Position numbers and translations under genes: made by a program
NCBI GenBank assembly: GCA_011088105.1
Contig: JAALKI010000001.1
Span: 30,353-94,352, forward strand
Source of the DNA: Nitrospirota bacterium
GTDB taxonomy: Bacteria; Nitrospirota; Nitrospiria; Nitrospirales; UBA8639
Length of the DNA: 64,000 bases
Direction of reading: 5' to 3'
Shown: positions 1 to 8,925 of the stretch, in pieces
Numbering within the stretch: position 1 is the first letter of the stretch
Layout of the letters: every line of letters starts with the position of its first letter
The notes under the pieces: generated by a model
Seen by the model: only the letters and a program-made list of their open reading frames with translations
The model's database searches: none
What the model was told of the DNA's origin: nothing

Positions 1-1691
1 CATTCAAGATAGCGATTCACAAAGCGTGCGGAGAGATCAAAGCGCCCCCATGCTTTCAAGTCCATAGCCAAAAAGGCCACTTCACTCAACACATCAATCC
101 ATCGTAAGTTTTCATTAAAATCAATGCCATCAAAGACCTGAATACGGTCATCTCTCAGCACCATATTGCCCAGATGAAGATCACCATGACATTCTCGGAT
201 GTGGCCCTCATACTGTCGTCTACGGAAATCTTCTAGACATGCCGCATGAGTTTTCTCCATCCATGCCTTCAGCGCGTTCAGGCTCTCCCTCGATTGACCA
301 TTGAGGAAATTCAAAGGCACCTGATCAAACGTTTCCTTCACAGCCTGATGGATGCGATCCGGACTCCCAAATTCAGAATGTTGGTCCGCCACAGCAATGT
401 GTTCATGAAAATGGGCTAAGTCATCGGCAAGACTGTCAAGGTGGTCTTCCCGTAGGGCAGTGCGTTCCAGCACAGACGGAAGCAATGCGTCATGAGGAAA
501 TTGCTTCATTTTCACAGCATACTCAAAAACCGTCCCGTCATTATTGAAATTAGGCATTGTGGGAGTGCCTGAAATTGGCATAATCTCAAGATAAAGATCG
601 GGAGCAAGGCGCTGATTGAGACGAAGCTCTTCCAGGCAAGCCTTATGACGTTTCTCAACCGTTGAGAAATCCACAAACCCAAGGTTCACAGGTTTTTTAA
701 TCTTGTACGCGACGGTCCCTGTCAACAAAACCCAGGAGATGTGTGTTTCCAAAACATCGACTGGCTGGATAGCATGTGAATAGACCGCAGGATTATGTAA
801 TGCCGCAATGAGCGCTGATGGGGCCCGTTCCCGTTTTCGTTTTAACAATTCCTGCGCTCGCCCGCTGACTTCCTTAACCAAGATGCCCATCTTCGGATGA
901 GACGGTTCCATATCGACAGGCAACCCATGGCTTCGAAGTCGATCACTCGTGATTTGCCCGATGGAAGCCATCACGGTTCGGTGCGCAACCTGCAAAAATT
1001 GTTCAGTCTGCTGATCCTTGTGCACGATTTGCAGAACATGATCAATCTGGACGGCATTCGTAAACAACACGACGTCAATCTCGGAAGCAAGAAAAGCCGC
1101 GATCGCCTTTCGAAGCGGTCCGAGATCATCAGGTAATCCCCAACGGTACACAGGAACTTGCTGAACAATGGCACCACGGTCTCTTAAGGCTTGGAGCAAA
1201 TCAAGGTTTGGCATGCCATATTCCTGTATACCAATCTTCACATCCGCGAATCCTCTAGGACGAAAGGCATCAAGAGTACTCAAAATATCGTGCCAGGTAT
1301 TGGGTTCTGGGACAACAAGGTCCGGCGTTAATCCAAGTTCTTTCACCACCAACGCTGGTTTGGGGCCACGAACCAGTAGAGTCGTACGGGAAAGGGCATC
1401 CGTTATGCCCTCTATGGGAAAATGAGTTTTCCATACATCAACCAACACCCGAATCCCTACACCCGTTAACAAAATCAGCATGTCGACCTGGCCAGCCATC
1501 AACCGCCGCCCAAATTCAAGCGCGTGAGTATTCTCTTCTAAAGGAATCTCCCGCATAGACGCTGCAACGATAGGCTTGCCCCCAAATCGTTCGATGAGCT
1601 TCGCCATTTCCACCGCCATACGACTTTCAAACGCTGCGACAGTAAGGCCTTGAAAGCCTTTTGGCTTTGTTTGCGCAGGAATTGGATTCAT
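1..1691 (-). CDS. HemD-like (uroporphyrinogen-III synthase fold) domain fused to an aminoglycoside-phosphotransferase-like kinase domain; the 3' end runs off the window
   Basis: Absent from the ORF track because there is no stop inside the window. Hand translation of the minus strand from ATG 1691-1689 stays open to position 3 in every block I checked. The N-terminus reads MNPIPAQTKPKGFQGLTVAAFESRMAVEMAKLIERFGGKPIVAASMREIPLEEN (HemD-like). The distal part reads ETHISWVLLTGTVAYKIKKPVNLGFVDFSTVEKRHKACLEELRLNQRLAPDLY ... CHGDLHLGNMVL ... DGIDFNENLRWIDV (APH/kinase catalytic loop). Confidence 0.6.
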   Translation of the reverse strand, partial: MNPIPAQTKPKGFQGLTVAAFESRMAVEMAKLIERFGGKPIVAASMREIPLEENTHALEFGRRLMAGQVDMLILLTGVGIRVLVDVWKTHFPIEGITDALSRTTLLVRGPKPALVVKELGLTPDLVVPEPNTWHDILSTLDAFRPRGFADVKIGIQEYGMPNLDLLQALRDRGAIVQQVPVYRWGLPDDLGPLRKAIAAFLASEIDVVLFTNAVQIDHVLQIVHKDQQTEQFLQVAHRTVMASIGQITSDRLRSHGLPVDMEPSHPKMGILVKEVSGRAQELLKRKRERAPSALIAALHNPAVYSHAIQPVDVLETHISWVLLTGTVAYKIKKPVNLGFVDFSTVEKRHKACLEELRLNQRLAPDLYLEIMPISGTPTMPNFNNDGTVFEYAVKMKQFPHDALLPSVLERTALREDHLDSLADDLAHFHEHIAVADQHSEFGSPDRIHQAVKETFDQVPLNFLNGQSRESLNALKAWMEKTHAACLEDFRRRQYEGHIRECHGDLHLGNMVLRDDRIQVFDGIDFNENLRWIDVLSEVAFLAMDLKAWGRFDLSARFVNRYLE

Positions 1692-1887
1692 AGACTGGTC
1701 ATATCTCACAATGGATCAATCTCTTCTTGACGGTATGGTATCACACCTGTGTGCTTGTCCAAATCACTATTATGAATACGGCCTGTACAAGTGAGGGAAT
1801 AGGGTGAGAAGGGAAAGGAAGAATACCTTGAGCAAGCAAACTCAAAAGATGGCTTATGCCTGAGCACGAATTACGTAGAGCGGGGAT

Positions 1888-2907
1888 TCAGGAAGACGCA
1901 TACGCAATCGACTGGTTGTGCTCACTCATTGGCTGACAATGGATCACGTGTTCATCTGTACGACACAACGCGCCAAAAACGATAAGCCCTGTCTGGGTTT
2001 GATGCAAGTTAGTAACCACAATATCCACATTCTTTCCAAGATAAAATCTAGCTTGATTTACGACAACCATCGTTCCATCGTCGAGATGAGCCACAGCCTG
2101 ATTCTGTAATTGGCCCTCCTTGAACAGATGCACACGAATCAGATCTCCCGGCAAGATGGCTGGTTTGATAAGATAGCACAGTTCACTCACACTAATGACC
2201 TGGATACCTTGTGGTCTGGCCACTTTTCTAAGATTCCAATCATTCGTCACGAGTTTCGCCTGATGAACCTTGGCCAAGTGAATCAATTGCCAGTCAACCG
2301 TTTGGCCTTTTGGCGAACGCTCATCAGGAATCGTTATGGTTACTCCATCAATTCGCTGCAGGCGTTCTAAGACATCTAAGCCTCGTTTTCCTCGAGCACG
2401 TTTGTCAGGTATGGAGGAATCTGCAATCGCTTGAAGTTCTCCTAGGACACAGCGAGGGATCAGAAAGGGCCCTTCGGCAAAACCCGTTGCGCACAACTCA
2501 GCAATACGCCCATCAATCAATGTACTGGTGTCTAACAGTTTAGATCCTATAACCTGCCGTTCACGAGGCTGGAGCTCCTCCACGCCATATTCTCTTCTTT
2601 GCGATATCATCCAAAGCCCAACAACTCCACCACCATACGCAAAGGCTGCAAGCCCTACTCCGACAACCAGAGTCACAGATGAAGAAAATTGATCCAAGAT
2701 CTGCAAAATGACAAGAGAACCTTGGATGCCCAGAAATAGACCGAATGCGGAACCAATTGCCAATCCAATTGGTAAAAGCTTGGAAGGATACTGGATACCC
2801 AAGAGAACATCTTTCATTGAAACAGCTGGTATGCGCGATGGTTTTTTCAAGAATAGTGCCCCAGACCGACTTCCATTCTCTCTCACAGTCTCAGCGTGGT
2901 TGTTCAT
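1888..2907 (-). CDS. PIN/TRAM domain membrane protein (YacL-like)
   Basis: 339 aa. It has N-terminal hydrophobic helices, then a PIN-like segment (LLDTSTLIDGRIAELCATGF, VTNDWNLRKVA) and a C-terminal TRAM-like beta domain. Confidence 0.8.
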   Translation of the reverse strand: MNNHAETVRENGSRSGALFLKKPSRIPAVSMKDVLLGIQYPSKLLPIGLAIGSAFGLFLGIQGSLVILQILDQFSSSVTLVVGVGLAAFAYGGGVVGLWMISQRREYGVEELQPRERQVIGSKLLDTSTLIDGRIAELCATGFAEGPFLIPRCVLGELQAIADSSIPDKRARGKRGLDVLERLQRIDGVTITIPDERSPKGQTVDWQLIHLAKVHQAKLVTNDWNLRKVARPQGIQVISVSELCYLIKPAILPGDLIRVHLFKEGQLQNQAVAHLDDGTMVVVNQARFYLGKNVDIVVTNLHQTQTGLIVFGALCRTDEHVIHCQPMSEHNQSIAYASS

Positions 2908-2968
2908 AAGAAATTATTCCCTAGATTTCTTGGTCCGCCGATACATTGCACTGTACGTATCTTCCAAT

Positions 2969-3217
2969 TCATAATAAGGAGACTTTTTTCGCAGGCCATC
3001 CACTTCGTACTTTCGTTGTCCCCCTTTCTTGTCGATTCACAAGAATTTGTTCGTCAAGGCGTTCTCCACAATTGAGACATCGTTGGAAGTATACCGGCAA
3101 ACCAGGCGTGGCAAATTCACTGCTGTCAACACAATCGACGAAGATCTTCATCATCAATCCCTGACATCTTGGGCAATGAGGCTGCTCTCTGACTTCCTGA
3201 AAAAAAGTCTTGTTCAT
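2969..3217 (-). CDS. small zinc-ribbon-like hypothetical protein
   Basis: 82 aa with CPRC ... CLNC cysteine pairs. It lies 3 nt downstream of the preceding minus-strand ORF, so it is probably co-transcribed. Confidence 0.4.
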   Translation of the reverse strand: MNKTFFQEVREQPHCPRCQGLMMKIFVDCVDSSEFATPGLPVYFQRCLNCGERLDEQILVNRQERGTTKVRSGWPAKKVSLL

Positions 3218-3220
3218 GAA

Positions 3221-3544
3221 TTACGCATCCTTTGTGCCTTTTCTTTTTTCATGACACCACAAAAAGATTCTTCTTTGTCTATTCAAAACTGAGCATCTTG
3301 CTCGTGGGAGAACGTAGGTGTCATTAATGAAAAACTCTTCAAGGCTCCATTTGGAATAAATCTGAAATGATGATCTGTAAAATTTGATAAGGGCTCCCAA
3401 GAAGTTAGGTGCCCCACCCCGACAGACCAGTAACAACACCTCATACACCAGAAATAACCTATAACCATCAGATCTCCTCTCTTTCTTGTCTCTCTGCAGA
3501 AAGGCATGAGCCTCGGCATATGCGTCAAGAAGATTCCCATTCAT
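3221..3544 (-). CDS. hypothetical protein
   Basis: 107-aa ORF in an AT-rich stretch with no recognisable motifs. It is supported only by its tight spacing to the zinc-ribbon ORF. Confidence 0.3.
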   Translation of the reverse strand: MNGNLLDAYAEAHAFLQRDKKERRSDGYRLFLVYEVLLLVCRGGAPNFLGALIKFYRSSFQIYSKWSLEEFFINDTYVLPRARCSVLNRQRRIFLWCHEKRKGTKDA

Positions 3545-3564
3545 CGCTTTTCACAATTTATTTT

Positions 3565-3583
3565 GATAACAAAAATCAATATC
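3565..3583. promoter_or_regulatory. weak Fur/Zur-like box
   Basis: gataacaaaaatcaatatc matches about 15 of 19 positions of GATAATGATAATCATTATC. It lies 21-39 nt upstream of the ATG at 3544. The local context is AT-rich, so a chance match is plausible. Confidence 0.25.
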
Positions 3584-4028
3584 ATAATTATGCTAAAACA
3601 TTAGAGGAAAAGAGAGAATGCCAAATCACCAGAAATTTCATACGCATTGGCCAGAAAATGCTTGAGATTGCCATTCAGGGATTAACAAACGACCGTTACG
3701 TCTGTCTGTATTTCAATGGACTTTCCCTACTTGGAATAGGGGAAGCCTTTCAATCACAGAGATTACTGCGCACGTACTGAACCTATCTTCAGATCACCAT
3801 CACTCTCCCAAAAACCATAAAAAGAGATGATACGCGCATTCTTGCGTATTGTAGATTTCTAAAAGAAAAATGGAGCATTAAAAAGGAGAGGCTAGATTCA
3901 ATCGCTCTATGACGATCATTATTTAATCTTCATTGGTGGCACGATAGGGAACGATATCTCAAAGGCATGTTTCGAACTTGCGATCAGTTCATTTGCCCCA
4001 TTGGCCATGATGATCTTAGTCATACTAA

Positions 4029-4595
4029 TCACGTCAACTGAGAAGGAGACTGGATATTTCTTCGAAATTGCGCCGGAGAATGCCCCATGGCTTTTTTAAA
4101 GAAATGGCTGAAGGCAAATGCATTTTGAAACCCCAATGCTTCAGCAATGTGTGCGAGAGATCGCTCTCCACCCATCAAAAGGCTTTTGGCTTTCTCAAGG
4201 CGAAGCCGTTTAAGATAGCAGGAAAATGGTTCGCCCATTCGCCTTTTGAAGAGTTCAGCTGCATATTTCTCCGAATACACAAGGAATTCGGCAATATCCT
4301 GAAGCGTGACCCGTTGGTCCAAATGGGCAGAGATAAAGAGATGGAGTCTTGGTTGGAAATCATCGGCAGAGCCATTCATCTGGCTCAACTCATCAAATAA
4401 TTCGCAAAACATCTTATATGTCAGGTGTGTGGCTTCGCCCTTTTCTAGAACATCCATGACCCGTTGCAACCATCTAGCAGAGTAGCATCGAAACTCTTGA
4501 ATGAATGGCTCAATCCGTTCTGAGCCAGTAGCTTCTTTTACGGCATCGTCCCCTACCCCACTGCTCATGCCCTTGTTGTATGTTTGACGATTCAT
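4029..4595 (-). CDS. AraC-family transcriptional regulator
   Basis: The C-terminal double HTH reads LQDIAEFLVYSEKYAAELFKRRMGEPFSCYLKRLRLEKAKSLL ... IAEALGFQNAFAFSHFFKKAMGHSPAQFRR. Confidence 0.8.
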   Translation of the reverse strand: MNRQTYNKGMSSGVGDDAVKEATGSERIEPFIQEFRCYSARWLQRVMDVLEKGEATHLTYKMFCELFDELSQMNGSADDFQPRLHLFISAHLDQRVTLQDIAEFLVYSEKYAAELFKRRMGEPFSCYLKRLRLEKAKSLLMGGERSLAHIAEALGFQNAFAFSHFFKKAMGHSPAQFRRNIQSPSQLT

Positions 4596-4814
4596 GGAAC
4601 CTGTCGTTTGAAAAACCCTCTAGTAGTTTCTTTCGTACCGGACAAAGACAATGTCGGTAATGTTATGACGTGGGTCTATTTACAACGGCGGCATTTCCTT
4701 TCAAGACCATTCGAGGTCATTTTGGCAATGAGCAGACCACAAAGACAGCGACAATCCATTGGATCTTATTGATGAAGTATTTGGATGAGAAACAGTCATG
4801 TTTATATCGTTTTT

Positions 4815-4854
4815 TACAAAACAAAAAACCTAAGGCCTGTCTTTATGCCTTAGG
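4815..4854 (-). terminator. Rho-independent terminator
   Basis: The minus-strand RNA forms CCUAAGGC, a 10-nt loop and GCCUUAGG (a perfect 8-bp stem, 4854-4829), followed by UUUUUUGUUUUG. Confidence 0.55.
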
Positions 4855-4917
4855 CACATGGTTCAAGACCTTTAGACCACATTTTTGAACACATGCCAAC
4901 CATATAAAGTAATGATA
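4815..4917 (-). ncRNA. candidate Fur-repressed small RNA (about 100 nt)
   Basis: On the minus strand there is a -35 TTGCAA (4953-4948) and A/T-rich -10 candidates (GATAAT 4932-4927, AATAAT 4929-4924) overlapped by the Fur box. A long imperfect stem follows (4885-4897 pairing with 4853-4866), then an intrinsic terminator. There is no SD-led ORF inside. Confidence 0.35.
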
Positions 4918-4926
4918 ATCATTATT
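4908..4926. promoter_or_regulatory. Fur box (16/19 match to consensus)
   Basis: agtaatgataatcattatt versus GATAATGATAATCATTATC. Positions 3-18 are identical, including the core palindrome AATGATAATCATT. Confidence 0.5.
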
Positions 4927-5154
4927 ATTATCAATAAAAGACATCACTTGCAACTGCACCGCGCTGGATACAAACAACTTAGTCGCGACTCAGACCAAAT
5001 TCATGGTCGAAAAGTATGCTGCACATTCTCACTCTAAGCCTCAAGCCCTCACTTATTGTCTAGCTCTGCCAGGAAAAGGGTTTCATTTTTTTATGATATT
5101 TTCTGATATGATTGTTTGGGTGACCGTTCATACCTTAATGAAGGAGCCAATTCC

Positions 5155-6120
5155 ATGAATGTTCTTGTTACCGGAGGCGCTGGCTATATTGGCGCTCACG
5201 TTGTCCGCGTGCTTGCTCAACACGGCCATACGCCTATTATTCTTGATGATTTGCGTTCCGCATCATACGAACGCATTGGAGATTTTCAACATGAACATGT
5301 CGCGCTTGAAGACACCAGCAAAGTCATGGCTGTCTTTCAAAAGTATCAGCCTGAGGCCATTGTGCACCTTGCAGGTTCTATTAGCGTAAGGGAATCTGTA
5401 CAGACACCTGAAAAATATTGGGCCAACAATCTTGGTGCAGGGATGAGTCTTCTGTTGGCATGTGCACGATTTCCAGTACGGATTTTTCTCTTTTCTTCGA
5501 GTGCGGCAGTCTATGGGAATGCGGTTGAGACACCCATCCGAGAAAATGCTATACTAGAACCTACATCCCCCTATGGCAGCTCTAAGCTAGCATTTGAACA
5601 CACACTACATAGAAGTGCTCAGGCTCTTGGCATGTGTTCCATCGCCCTCCGTTATTTCAATGCCGCAGGTGCCCATACAGCCTGGGGAGTCGGGGAACAG
5701 CATGACTCCGAAGAACATCTCATCCCAAAGGTCATTCGAGCCCTGCTAACCGCACAACCAGTGCAAGTCTATGGCAACGACTACCCTACTCCGGATGGAA
5801 CCTGCATCCGTGATTATATTCACGTTGTGGACCTTGCCGAAGCTCATGTTTTGACGCTAGAGAATGAGTATCTGGGGAATCAACACAACTTCAACGTTGG
5901 TACAGGAGAAGGCTATTCGGTTCTTGAAATTATTTCGGCTATTGCCACACGCTTGTCAGTAACTCCCCAGATTACATTTCTTTCAAGACGCCCAGGAGAC
6001 CCTCCACGCCTCATTGCTGACCCTTCTGCCCTGCTGTCCCATGTAGGATGGAAGCCTGTTCATTCAAGTCTCCAGGAAATTGTTAATTCTGCAGTCGAAT
6101 GGGAACTAGTCAGATGCTAG
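5155..6120 (+). CDS. galE: UDP-glucose 4-epimerase
   Basis: Starts MNVLVTGGAGYIGAHV (Rossmann GxxGxxG) and has the YGSSK catalytic motif. SD AAGGAG at 5141-5146 favours the ATG at 5155 over the TTG at 5116 used by the track. Confidence 0.9.
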   Translation: MNVLVTGGAGYIGAHVVRVLAQHGHTPIILDDLRSASYERIGDFQHEHVALEDTSKVMAVFQKYQPEAIVHLAGSISVRESVQTPEKYWANNLGAGMSLLLACARFPVRIFLFSSSAAVYGNAVETPIRENAILEPTSPYGSSKLAFEHTLHRSAQALGMCSIALRYFNAAGAHTAWGVGEQHDSEEHLIPKVIRALLTAQPVQVYGNDYPTPDGTCIRDYIHVVDLAEAHVLTLENEYLGNQHNFNVGTGEGYSVLEIISAIATRLSVTPQITFLSRRPGDPPRLIADPSALLSHVGWKPVHSSLQEIVNSAVEWELVRC

Positions 6121-6309
6121 ATACGCTGATGTTTCTGGCTAGGACGCGCTATTTCATGCTTTCACCAGGATTTCTGATATAGCCGTGACAATCAAAAGAC
6201 TGGCAAACATCGAAGACCGTGACACGATGTTTACAGATAGATCCCGTTGACGCTCCTTATCTACACCGAATAAGATGAGTATCAAGGCAACCGCCTCCTG
6301 GAACCTCTA

Positions 6310-6960
6310 ATGGCTTGCATGAACTTGTTTACAGCCATTCTTTATAAAAATCCTGTGCCATTGAAAGACCTTGGCTTCAAAAACATGCGTAGGGATATGT
6401 ATCGTATCGCCAGCCTAGTTTGTATCGGCCTTGCTCTCTTAACGTGGGGGTGTGACATTGAACCTTCTCAATCGCCATCACTCTCATCACCTCAAGCGTC
6501 GGCCCAACATCTAGGCCCCCCACAAGTGGGTGCTCCAGCACCGAATTTCACGCTCTTTGATTTAGCAGGCAAGCCTGTATCAATGTCTGATATGAAAGGT
6601 AAAGGGGTGTTGTTAAATTTCTGGGCAACATGGTGTGGCCCTTGCCGAGTAGAAATGCCCGGCATGGAAAATCTATACCAACATTTACAAAGCAAGGGCT
6701 TTGAAATTTTAGCCATTTCGACGGACCCACAAGGCACCACGGTGACCCAACCATTTCAAGAAGCCTATGGCTTAACATTTCCAATTCTTCACGATGCTGA
6801 TTATGAGGTAGGGACAAGCTATGGTGTTCGAACGTTGCCAATGAGCTATCTTGTCGATCGGCACGGCATCATCCGCCATCAGGTTTTTGGCGCACGTGAA
6901 TGGAATAGTGAAAAGGCCCATACATTAATTGAAAAGCTGTTAAGCACCGCTTCATCATGA
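6310..6960 (+). CDS. TlpA/ResA-like thiol:disulfide oxidoreductase (lipoprotein)
   Basis: Carries the WATWCGPC redox motif and the lipobox LALLTWGC. The true start may be the internal ATG at 6385 or 6397. Confidence 0.85.
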   Translation: MACMNLFTAILYKNPVPLKDLGFKNMRRDMYRIASLVCIGLALLTWGCDIEPSQSPSLSSPQASAQHLGPPQVGAPAPNFTLFDLAGKPVSMSDMKGKGVLLNFWATWCGPCRVEMPGMENLYQHLQSKGFEILAISTDPQGTTVTQPFQEAYGLTFPILHDADYEVGTSYGVRTLPMSYLVDRHGIIRHQVFGAREWNSEKAHTLIEKLLSTASS

Positions 6961-7706
6961 TTGATTCATTGAGTCACATCTCAATGTTTGCCGCGTTTAG
7001 CGCAGGGCTGCTTTCGTTTGTGTCCCCTTGTGTGCTTCCCTTGGTTCCTTCTTATATCTCCTATATCACGGGGCTTTCTATCGATGACCTCTCAAATGCA
7101 ACACAACGGCAGCTCTTTCGGAAGTCGATCATTCTCAATTCGCTTCTGTTTATCGCTGGTTTTTCATCTGTCTTTATTGCCTTTGGCGCTTCAGCAAGCC
7201 TCATCGGCAATTTACTGTATGCCTATCAGGATATTCTGCGAAAGATTGGTGGCGTGCTTATTATTATTTTTGGTCTCTACTTATTGGGCATTTTAAAAAT
7301 ACGATTTTTGATGTCTGAACACCGTCTTGTTCAGCTTGACCATAGACCCGTGGGATATCTTGGATCCTTTTTGATTGGAACGGCATTTGCCGCAGGCTGG
7401 ACACCTTGTGTCGGCCCTATTTTAGGGACCATTTTGGCTTATGCGAGCACAACCGAATCAATGTCTGCAGGAGTACTGCTGTTATCGGCCTATTCGGTTG
7501 GACTGGGACTTCCCCTTTTCTTGACAGCGCTGGGAATCGATCGATTCCTGGCATACTTCAAAAAGGCTCATGACTATATGGGAGGCGTCTCGATTGTCAG
7601 CGGAGCATGTTTAGTCGCCGTCGGCATCATGATTTATGGCAATTCTCTGACCTATGCAACCAGTTTTCTTGAACGGCATGGAATCGGCTGGTACATCGGA
7701 CAATAG
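6957..7706 (+). CDS. ccdA: cytochrome c biogenesis protein CcdA (DsbD-family membrane reductant transporter)
   Basis: A polytopic membrane protein with the conserved Cys motifs SPCVLPLVPSY and WTPCVGPIL. Its start overlaps the upstream redoxin gene by ATGA. Confidence 0.9.
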   Translation: MIDSLSHISMFAAFSAGLLSFVSPCVLPLVPSYISYITGLSIDDLSNATQRQLFRKSIILNSLLFIAGFSSVFIAFGASASLIGNLLYAYQDILRKIGGVLIIIFGLYLLGILKIRFLMSEHRLVQLDHRPVGYLGSFLIGTAFAAGWTPCVGPILGTILAYASTTESMSAGVLLLSAYSVGLGLPLFLTALGIDRFLAYFKKAHDYMGGVSIVSGACLVAVGIMIYGNSLTYATSFLERHGIGWYIGQ

Positions 7707-7760
7707 TCCATTCGTTCAGACTGAACTAGAGAAAGCATGCGGCAGACGTAACGTGGAAGA

Positions 7761-8756
7761 TCAACACCACACGCCAGGTTGGCATGTCGCAGTCAGAGCA
7801 GGTACAGAACGGGTGGCAAGAGCATTCGCGCTCACAGGAACGGTTTCACACCATGATCCCAGAGGACAGTTTGTCGTTGTTGGTGTCGAAGAAGCTACGA
7901 CAGATTGACGCAGAGCAAGGAAAGGGCCTTGGAAGACTGGCGAACTATTAAATTGCGGTTGGGTTGTTAATCGAACAGTATGTTCCTGAGAAGGAACGCG
8001 TTTTTGAATAAAGGGATTGTGTTGGACCACAACCATATCCGAATGCTCTTCCTGTATGGCAGCCAATAATTGACGTCCTTCTGCACGACGAGCATGGGAA
8101 GGATACTCTTGGGCAAACGCCACAAGCTGATCTTGCGCCCATTCGGGAAGATCCAACTGGTTGTACGTCACAGCTAATTGATATCGAGCCTCTCCAGCGA
8201 ATTCCAATTCTGGATAGATATGAATGACTTTTTCAAATCGATGTGCAGCTGCTAAATAGGCTTCTTTTCGGTAGTAGAATTTACCAACAAACAGATGATG
8301 TTGCGCCAGAATTTTTTTGCATTCGGTGATTTTCTCTAAGATCTCCTGTTCATAACGATTGCCCGGAAATACGACAAGAAGTTCCTGAAAAGCATCAAGC
8401 GCCTTTCGGGCAGGATCAGGATCCCGATCAATCGTCTTAACCCTCTTGAAATGGCTTAAAGAAAGCTTATATTGCGCATATGGAGCAAGCACATGCGTAT
8501 GATGCAAATCAAGGAAATGTTGATATTCGACAATGGCTTCAGGGTATGCCTCTTTTTCATAAAAAGACTCTGCCCGTTTCATAATCACATTGGGGTCATA
8601 ATTCATTTCAATTTCATCCCCAACGAAAATTTGCTCATCTGTCGAACTCAAAACGCTACCATCGGTTGATGATACATCGGGAGTCGTCGAACATCCCGCC
8701 AAGCCCATGAGGGCCAGCGATACGATAAGGATAAGAAGCGTACGTGAATAAGCCAT
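7761..8756 (-). CDS. bamD: BamD/YfiO-like TPR outer-membrane lipoprotein with a C-terminal extension
   Basis: Signal peptide and lipobox from the ATG at 8756 (MAYSRTLLILIVSLALMGLAGCS). It has TPR-like repeats (YPEAIVEYQHFL, YAQYKLSLSHF, YLAAAHRFEKVI). The last roughly 90 aa are low-complexity and Cys-containing. Confidence 0.7.
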   Translation of the reverse strand: MAYSRTLLILIVSLALMGLAGCSTTPDVSSTDGSVLSSTDEQIFVGDEIEMNYDPNVIMKRAESFYEKEAYPEAIVEYQHFLDLHHTHVLAPYAQYKLSLSHFKRVKTIDRDPDPARKALDAFQELLVVFPGNRYEQEILEKITECKKILAQHHLFVGKFYYRKEAYLAAAHRFEKVIHIYPELEFAGEARYQLAVTYNQLDLPEWAQDQLVAFAQEYPSHARRAEGRQLLAAIQEEHSDMVVVQHNPFIQKRVPSQEHTVRLTTQPQFNSSPVFQGPFLALRQSVVASSTPTTTNCPLGSWCETVPVSANALATRSVPALTATCQPGVWC

Positions 8757-8925
8757 ACATGCCTCAGCCAGACAAACGTGATTCTCAGCAACAATTAGAG
8801 ATAGAATGACGCTAACAAAGAAAGAGAAGGAATGCAAATTTTTTCACAATCAATCATTAAAATTCTTATCTTTGTCAACGTGTCATACAGATCTTCCTCA
8901 AAAAGGCTCCAGCCGTAGCATTGTT

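Noticed and set aside
3409-3780. 123-aa plus-strand ORF, plus the many 60-200-aa ORFs antisense to long genes (for example 12437-12718, 23023-23454, 35705-36301, 58499-59176)
   Set aside because: They lie fully within, or antisense to, strongly supported genes or AT-rich spacers. They have no motifs or start signals and are typical shadow ORFs.
7761-8030. The roughly 90-aa Cys-containing C-terminal tail of the BamD-like protein as a frameshift artefact
   Set aside because: I found no homologous continuation in the other frames (unlike clpX, crcB and the lysozyme). It is treated as a genuine low-complexity extension, with low certainty.
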